Source: Cyanophora paradoxa CCMP329
Lineage: Eukaryota; Plantae; Glaucophyta
DNA length: 64,000 nt
NCBI GenBank assembly: GCA_004431415.1
Contig: QPMI01000047.1
Coordinates: 181,367-245,366, forward strand
Reading direction: 5' to 3'
Below the pieces are notes generated by a model, which worked only from the letters and a program-made list of their open reading frames with translations, searched no databases and was not told where the DNA came from. The translations under genes were made by a program, and so were the position numbers. Shown in pieces: positions 56,491-64,000 of the stretch (positions are counted from its first letter, which is position 1; each line of letters starts with the position of its first letter).

Positions 56491-58308
56491 ATGAGGTCCG
56501 TCGGCGATGGCCTCGCCCGCCTGCCGCGAACACTTACAAAGCCTGACGCATGCGACAGCGCGCCCGAGGACACCGTGGAGCAGTGGAAGCGGGTCGCGGA
56601 GGAGCGCGCGAAGGAGCTTCTGGAATTCCAGGCTCGCCACGTTCTCCTGGTCGCCTCCTCGATGCTGATCGCTGTGGCAGGAGTCCAGCCGTGAGCTCGA
56701 GGAGGCGCTCGAGGCCGAGCTTCAGGGCGCCAAGGACGCGCAGAAGGAGCTTGAATTGGAGCTCAACCGCGCCCAGGCGAAGATCAGCACGCTGCAGCGC
56801 TCCTACGATGCGCTCCGCCACGAGCACGACGACACCCAGGCCCGCCGCCCAGCAGTTCGCTCCGCGAACGCCTGACGCCGGCCGCAGGCGAAGCTGCTGG
56901 CGCTGTCTCAGGAGTCTACGAGGACGACGGGGTCTCTGCAGGTCCGCCGTCCGGCACGCGGGTAGCCGCCCGCGAGTCGCGTTGACGCTCTGGGGCTGTA
57001 GGACGAGCTAGCTTCGCTTCGGGAAGCGAAGAAGGCTCTCGAAGAGTCATTGCGGAAGTACGAAACGCGAAACGAGGAGCTCGAGTCGAAATCCAGGCGC
57101 GCGCTTCGCCGGCGCGCCGCTGCCGTTCAAATGTCGAGCGCGGTTGCGGTTGCGGCGCAGGGAGCACGAGGCGTCCGTGGAGGACCTTCGCGAGCGTCTA
57201 GAGCAGACGGAGGAGCAGGTTGTGCTCCTGCAGCAGGAGGTGGAGGAATCGCAGGCGTTCGGCGACACCGAGATCCAGCGCCTGCGGGATCAAATCCGCG
57301 GTGCGGGGCCGCGTGGCCCCGCCGACCGCGCGCCGCTGCGCCTTGACTTGTTCGCGATCAGATCTCGAGGACGAGCTGGCGGTGACGCGGCGGCGCGCCG
57401 CGGAGTCCGAGGCGGCGCTGGCGACGCCCCGCCCCGCCCTGCCGGAGCCGGAGCCGGTGCCCGCGGCCGAGCAGCAGCGTCCGGAATCGCTGCCGTCCGA
57501 GCTGCATCCCCGCGAGGATCAGGAGATGCCGGACGCCCCGCCCGCCGCGGCGCCGGCATCGCCCCAGCCGCCCGCCCCGCGGCAGAGCCCGCTGCCGCGC
57601 CCGCGCAGACCCCTGCGGCGCCGCCCGAGCCGCCCGCTCAGCCGCAGGCGCCGACCGCCCCGCCGGCGCCCGAGAAGAGCGTATCCTCCCCCGAGCCCAA
57701 GAAGCCGCGGCGCTCCGGTATCCCCCTCGCCAGCCCGCGCGCCTCCGCCTCTCGCGCATCCACCGCCGGCGCCGGCGCCGCCCCCTCCTCCTCCTCCCTC
57801 CGCGCCTCCGCTTCCTCCTCGTCCGGCGCGGCCCCCGCCGGCTCCCCCGTTACGCCGCGCTCGCAGGTCCGGCCGCCCTTCGTCCTGGGCCCCGGCCCCT
57901 CGCCCTTCCAGCGCCCCCGCCCCTCCGTCGCCTCCCCGGGCCCCTCCCCCACCGCCGCCGCCTCCCCTCGCGCCCCCCGCCCTTCCTCCCTCAAGACGCC
58001 CCGCCGCGCCTCCGCCGCTTCCTCAGAAGCGTCCGCCGCCGCCGCCGCCGCGGCCCCCGCGGCGCGCGGCGCGGGGAAGGAGAACGCGCGGCCCTTCGCC
58101 CCGCCCTCCCGCGACTTCGCGGGAGAGCTGCAGACCATGATCACGAACACCAAAGTGCGCGCGGCTCGAGTCCGCCGGGGTCCGTTTCCTGCCGCTTCTA
58201 ACGATCGACCGCCTGCTTTCGCCGCAGTCGATCCGGGAGCGCATGGCCTCCATCCGGCAGGCGCTGCAAAACGCGCGGGCCGCGAACCAGGCCGCCGGCG
58301 CCCAGTAG
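56491..58308 (+). CDS. NDE1: NudE/NDE1/NDEL1-like coiled-coil dynein regulator
   Basis: QWKRVAEERAKELLEFQ|ESSRELEEALEAEL; DELASLR..RKYETRNEELE..; SVEDLRERLEQ..EIQRLRDQIR|DLEDELAV match NDE1; C-terminal coil LQTMITNTK|SIRERMASIR. An apparent frameshift lies in a C-rich run near 57575. Confidence 0.85.
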
Positions 58309-58458
58309 CGGCGCACAGAATCAAGGCCCCGGAGTGTATTCTACTGTTGTCCGAATCCGAATCAAGGAGATCCCCGCGCCACCGATGCGAGGGGAAGCCG
58401 ATTATTCGCTTTGATTAACATTAGCTATGAACAACTTTTAAACTAAAGCAACTGCCCG

Positions 58459-61400
58459 CTAGGGGTGGAGGCCGAAGACCGCATGGCGGGCGCCGCCACC
58501 CGCGATCAGCATGTTCTGGGCGTCCGGGGACGGCTCCAGGCGCCACTCGAAGAGCGCCGGGTCGGGTCCCTGCGGGGGCGTTCAAACTGCGGGGTAGAGG
58601 CCTGCAGGCCTTGGGTAGGGGGTACGTATACGGACCTTTTTCTGAGGGGAGCCGCGGCCGTTTGAGCCGGGAACGTTGCTCCAGTTCCAGCGGGGGGAGG
58701 GGGGCGCCTCGGGGGCGGGGGCGGGGGAGAGGGCGGGCGAGAGGGATCCGGACGGCAGCGGCGGGAGGCGGACGAGGTCGGGGGACCGGGGCGCCGTCGG
58801 GAGGGGGCTGGGGGGAGACGCGTCGGGGGGTACAGTCGACGCCCGGCTCGCGATCGCGAGCGCTGCGCAGAGGCGGCCCGTGAGTACGTGCGCCGGCCCC
58901 GGCCGCTGCGCACCGCTCACCTTCCCCGCGCGACACTGGCCGGCTGGCATTGGGTCCGGAGGCCTGCGAGGGGGTACGGCGGTGTTAAAGAGGCGCGGGC
59001 GGGCGTGACGGCGTGGGACCGATCACCTGAAGGGGTACGGCGCTGGGGGGGCGGCTGATAGAGCTCGCCGGCCGGCTGCGCGCGCGGAGTGAGCGAGGCG
59101 GGAAAGGCGCGGAGAGGGCGGGGAGGGTGGGGCGCGTGGGCGCCTCGGCAGAAGGGCGAAGCTGGGCGAGGGCGTGGCGGCCGGCGTGCTCCCCCTGGAG
59201 CCCCACGGGCCCACGCCCTCCCTGCGGTGCGGCCGCCCGTCAGAGATCGCCGGAAGGAAAGGGGGGTACACGCTCACGCGAAGGAGGCGCCCTCGCGCCC
59301 CGCGGCGGGGCGCGGGGCCGTCCCGTGGCGGTGCGCGGCGGAGTCCCTGCTGGGGGGTCAGGAGGCGGCTTCGCACGGAGAGGCCTAGGATCGACGAGGG
59401 GCGCACGAAGTGGCGGCGGTCTTGCGGGGCGAGCGGGGCGGCCGGGGCGGCGAGTGCGCTCCGGGCGGGGGCGAGACGGGCGCGTGGGGGGGCGGGGCCC
59501 GCTCCGGGTAGGGCCGGGGCGAGGGCGGCGTGGAGAGGGCCGGCCGGGGCGGCGCGGGGCGGGGCGAGGGGACGGCTGAAGACGGGGGGGAGCGAGCGAG
59601 GATAGGGGGGACCACCCGGCGCGGGCTCAGCGGCGGCGGACAGAACGAGAGGAACGCTTGCCCCAACGACGGGGCGCGCGGCCCAGGGGTCGACTGCGGG
59701 GCCGGGCGGGGCGCGCGGGCCGCCGGGGTGGCCGGTGGGGGCGAGAGCTCCAGGGGGGCGGCGCCGGGACCTCGGGGGTACGCGCGAGGCGCATGGATAC
59801 GGGAGAGGCGGGGGCGGTGGCGGGGCGCGGGGTGGAGGGGGTGCGGGCCCCGGTGCGGGGCGTGCGCGCGGACTTGGGCCGGAGGGGCAGCGCGGAGCCC
59901 ACGACGCCGCTCCGGCCGCCGCCGCCTTCGCCCCACTCGGAACCCAGCAGTTCTGCGTGCGGTACGCCGCGGCTCGTTTCGGGCGGCGGCGGGCGGCGGG
60001 CGGCGGGCGGCGAGGGGCGGGGGGCGGGGGGCGCACGGCGGCGGCCAAGAAGCCCGGCAGAGGCGAGGATCACCTGACCCGAGCTCCAGCGGCGGCCCCG
60101 CAGGTTCGCCAGCGCTGCGGAGACGCGGGTTCGAATCCCGGAGGGGCGTTAAGGAGAGACGGCGCACCGGGGGGCAGGCTACCGAGGAGCGGGGGCCACT
60201 CGCCGCCGCCGGAGATTCCGGGATCGATTCCCGGCGGGGCCGCCGAGTCGGCGGCAAAGGAGAGGGCTAGTCGGGGTACGGCGGTCGCGGCAGGGGTACG
60301 TGGAACATCCGCGGGGACGGCCGGCGAGGCCGGCGCGGGCTCCGCGGAGGGGTTGGAGGCCGCGGGGGCCAAGGAGGCGGACGGGAAGTGCGCCGCGGGG
60401 GTACGCGGCGGCGAAACCGCGTACCCAAAGCCGGGCGGGTAGGGTGGGGATGAAGCAGATCGGTCCGGGGGGGGGCCGGCGGACGTTTGGGGCGTGTGGG
60501 GCGTCCGGGGGGTACGGGGCGGGCGCGGGGAGGGGAGGGGGCCGCCGCCCCCGCCCGTCGTGGAGGGGCGCGGGGAGGTCGGGGGCGGACCGAGCGGGGC
60601 CTGCTTCTCGACCGCGGGCTTCCTAAGAGGGGCCACGCGGAACCACTGCACCGGCTTCCGGCCCCTCGCCGTCGCCCCTGCGGCGCGCAGATCGGCCAAG
60701 TTTAGGCCGAACGAATCGAAGATGCGCGCTTGGCAGGGGTACGCGCGCACCGCCGGACGGGTCGGGGCCGGGACCGGGGCCGGGGCCGACGGGAAGCAGC
60801 AGGACGTCACGGAACTCGAGGCTGGTAGAGGTCACGGGTACGCTCACGCGGCGGGGGGAGGGCGCGGCCTGGGAGGCGAGGTCAGACGCGGAACAAAGCT
60901 AGGGGCGGCGGCGCGGATCAAATCTCGCCTTTGGGGGTGCGGGCCGCAGCGGGCGCCGGCCCGTCAGGGATCCCGCCATGCTGCCCTGCGTCTGCGCGGG
61001 CCCGGTTTGCCTTGGATCCGGACTACGCGTCCGCCCCGTGCACCCAGGGGCGGGAGGCCGGCGGCGTGGGAAGTGTGAGCTCTCTTCGGCCGCTGACATC
61101 GTTTCTGCCAAAACGGGGGTACGTGCTGTGAGAACCGCACTGGAAATAAGGAGCGGGGGTACGCGTACCCTGTCCGGGGCCCGCGGGAATGATACGGATC
61201 TAGCGCTTCGATTACAACCTCTGCGAGGGGGTGAACATGGAGGAAAGAAATGGGCGCCGCGGGGACTCGAACCGGAGGTCGGTCGGAGGGAGGGACCCCC
61301 CGCGGAGACGTTGGGAGCGAGGACGGCAGCCCCTACGGCCTCGATGAACTGCGCGTACCCCTCCGGAGTGGCCTCCAGCGCCCACCGGTCCTGCAGGGGG

Positions 61401-62416
61401 GAGGGGGAGGGAATAAGAGCGAGGGAAAGGGCGTTGAAAAATTCGAAAGGGATGGGGGAGGGGGGGGGGTACCGCCAGGTCGAGGATGACCGAGCGGAAT
61501 CCGGGGCGGCCCATCTTCCCGTCGCGGTCCCGCGCCCGCTCCCAGTCTGCGCCGCCCGCGCTCAGAGGGGTACACCGAAAAGAGCGGAAAGGGGGGTACA
61601 GTCGGCGACGGCCTCGGGGCGGGCGCCGGGGTCGGCGGGGAGCTCGAGGGCGCGGTGCACGAGCTGCGGGGGCGTCACGCGGATCGAATCGGCGATCAAA
61701 TCGAAGCGGAAGCGGGCACCGCACCTCGTAAAAGGACGCGAAGGCGGCCGCGTCCACGCGGCCGCGGCGGTGCACGTCCACAGCGCTCCAAATCTGGCCG
61801 CGCGCGGGAGAGGGCGGGAGAAGCTCGGATGCGCGCTCGCTCGCTGGCTCGCTCGGAGGGGCGCGGACGCTGGCGGACCCGGTCGGAAGCGGAGAGGATG
61901 CCCGGATCGAATCGGAGCGCGTCGAGCCGCAGCCGCTCCTTCGCCTCCGGCCAGTGTTCGGCCGGCGGCGACGCGTGGCGCCGGGGCGCGGGCCTCGCCA
62001 GCGGGCCAGCCAACACGCGGATCGCTTGCAACACATTGCTCTGCGTGCCGCTCGGCGTCTGAAGATCGCTAGCCTCGCCTAGCTAAGCTTCGCACCGTAA
62101 CGTCGTCGCTCCCTTTCAAGGAGACTGCATAGGATCGCGCGTCCAGTGAGGCATCGGGTCTTAAGTGAAGCGAAGCCTGCAATAGTGTGAGCGCGGGGAC
62201 GCGGCGCTCGGGCAGGCGCCGCACTGCTGGGCTCTCAGCCGGTCCGCTGGCGTCGGCCCGCTTCCCGCCCGCGTGCAGCTCTTGCTGCTGCTGCTGCTGC
62301 TGCTGCTGCTGACTTGCTGATCCCCCTCCGACCGAGGAGAACGAAGCCGGGGCCGAGTCTTTGTTTGAGCCGCTCGACCAAGGCCGCAGCTGCAGCGGCT
62401 TAAGCAGCGTGTTCAT
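58459..62416 (-). CDS. Hypothetical protein with EF-hand-like motifs and long Pro/Ala-rich tail
   Basis: MNTLLKP.. with polyQ; IWSAVDVHRRGRVDAAAFASFYE and DWERARDRDGKMGRPGFRSVILDLA|DRW resemble an EF-hand pair; 3' exons are poorly resolved. Confidence 0.5.
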
Positions 62417-64000
62417 AGCTAGCGTTGGCTCAACCTACGATGACATCTATACCTATCTGTAAAACGATAGAGCCCCCACTCGCGCTGCTAAGCTGGCAGT
62501 TTTGACCCAGCCTGTCGGCAGTACACGTAGAGCGGGGATTCGAACCCGAGGTCGGACGACTCCATCCTCACACATCGCTAGCGCGCTTCCTGAATCGAAC
62601 ACGCCCGCTTCAGCGTTGCGTCGGGATTCGGTAGACAGCCGGGCAGTAGTTGGATGCGTCCGGGCGTCCGCCGGCCATGTGGCCGGCTGCGGCAGCGGCC
62701 GACGCGCACCGCCCTCAGCGAGCATAACGCACTCAGCTATAGCTATAGGGTCTTCTGCACCCGTACTGGGTCGGTCCGCGCGGGAGACGGTGCCAGATGC
62801 GCAGGAGATGCGGGGGAAGAGGTTGGGGCGCCAGCGGCGTCGCAGCCGACATCCGTGAGGCACGGAGATACCCTCGGTGCGCTCGTGGTGCGCTGGATCG
62901 GTCCCGGGCAGCACCCTGCGCCGCGCCGGGGCCCGCTGCAGCTGCGGGCAACAGTGCCGCTGACAAACACGCGCACGCAGGCCGAACGCTTTTCATGAGC
63001 TTCTCCCGATAGCTATTTCATCTGTAGCTACCATCCAATGCGCCTCGTCGGCTCGCTGCCTCGTCGCACATCGGGCGAGCGACAGACGGGCGCCCAGGTG
63101 CGGCGCCGCGCGTTGTTCCTCGCGCAGAAAAGGATGTTTAAAGAATCGCGCATGCGTCGGGCTCGTTCCAACCGGGTTCCGCGCAGGCCGGCCGGCAGCG
63201 TGCGGATTCCTTATAATTAAAGCTTGCAGCTTCGAGAGCGCCTGCCGGCAGCGCGCACGCAGAACGCTTTGCAACCGATCTCCGGTCGAACTCCCTACCA
63301 CCGATCCCCAGTCGAACTCTTTGCATGTGACCCGCCGCCGCGGCCGCGCCGCCGCAGTTTCATGGTAGGGCGGCCGCACCCGTGCGCCCCCGCCCCAATC
63401 GCTGCGGATTGCCGTGATATCGATCCTCGCCTCAGATACTCACGAAACGGCCGCGCGCGAGCGGGTCCTCCGCCGCTTCCCCCCTCGCCGTGCGTACCCG
63501 TATCGGGGGTACAGAATTTTTTAGTGATCTTCTCTCAGGTCCTCATTTCTCGGCGCGGCGGCGGCGGCGGGCGGCTCCGCGCGGCTTCCCGTGCGCGTCT
63601 TGGCAGGGCCCGCCCACATGTGCAAGTGCACTCTGCAGCTGATCAAAAAAAGGGAGGGGGGGGGGGGGAGGCGGGGGCCATTAATATTCCGGCGCGGTAT
63701 CCGGCGCCGCGGCCTGCGAGGAGCGCGGGCCCAGCTGCAGAGTCTCTATAGCTAGATCTCGAGCTCCGGCCTGGAGAACCTTCTGGGCCGCGGCGCTCCT
63801 CTGCCTTTTCTCAGAGTCTCTTACCGCGCGTAAGGATGCGCGGACTGGAGGTCGCTAGGATATACATGTATAAACGCTTCTGCTCATAATCATTTGAATC
63901 ATCCCCGCATCATAAATAGCTATAGGATGTGTACGAGCTACAGTTTGATAGTAAAGTGTTCATATTGCAGTATTCAATAAAGTGTTCAATAAACGCTTGC

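Noticed and set aside
60123-60142. gacgcgggttcgaatcccgg T-arm-like string
   Set aside because: Lies within a probable coding exon; no D-arm or acceptor stem.
58940-61100. Many long Arg/Gly/Pro-rich ORFs on both strands
   Set aside because: Expected from extreme GC content; no recognisable domains.
62460-62660. Two T-loop-like motifs (GTTCGATTC, GGTTCGAATCC) on the minus strand suggesting a tRNA, tmRNA or other ncRNA
   Set aside because: I could not build a cloverleaf or match a known RNA, and TTCGAA words are common in this DNA. An Infernal/Rfam scan would settle it.

Overview
Gene-dense, GC-rich, intron-rich eukaryotic nuclear DNA; no prokaryotic features and no CRISPR array. Two genes start with MAF(V/L) Ser/Ala/Arg-rich transit peptides without a signal peptide. 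This points to an alga with a primary plastid, and a glaucophyte such as Cyanophora is my inferred best guess. The six-frame ORF track is mostly misleading here because real genes are split by many 50-150 bp GT-AG and GC-AG introns, so I reconstructed exons by eye. Left to right: a Cys-rich repeat surface protein with a claudin/amastin-like C-terminus; a STAT-like protein (CudA/STATL-type DNA-binding motif, TIG-like segments, ankyrin repeats, two F-boxes, linker-SH2, Tyr tail); a small hypothetical gene; an AKAP17A/XE7 homologue; an 11-kb NLR-like gene (Ala/Ser VNTR, TIR, NACHT, pentapeptide repeats, 14 WD40 repeats each on its own phase-0 exon); a 5'-truncated histidine-kinase-like fragment; an AT-rich palindrome-rich region with MITEs; a type-I membrane SEA-like protein; an SDR bracketed by tRNA-Ala(CGC) and a decayed copy; a plastid TPR protein; CENP-C; dihydroxy-acid dehydratase; an ABP1-like cupin ending in DREL; a P2X-like channel; a thylakoid-lumen cyclophilin; NudE/NDE1; an EF-hand-like protein. 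The most notable candidates for new biology are the exon-modular TIR-NACHT-WD40 receptor and the neighbouring STAT/ankyrin/F-box hybrid. All family assignments come from recognised motifs, not database searches.
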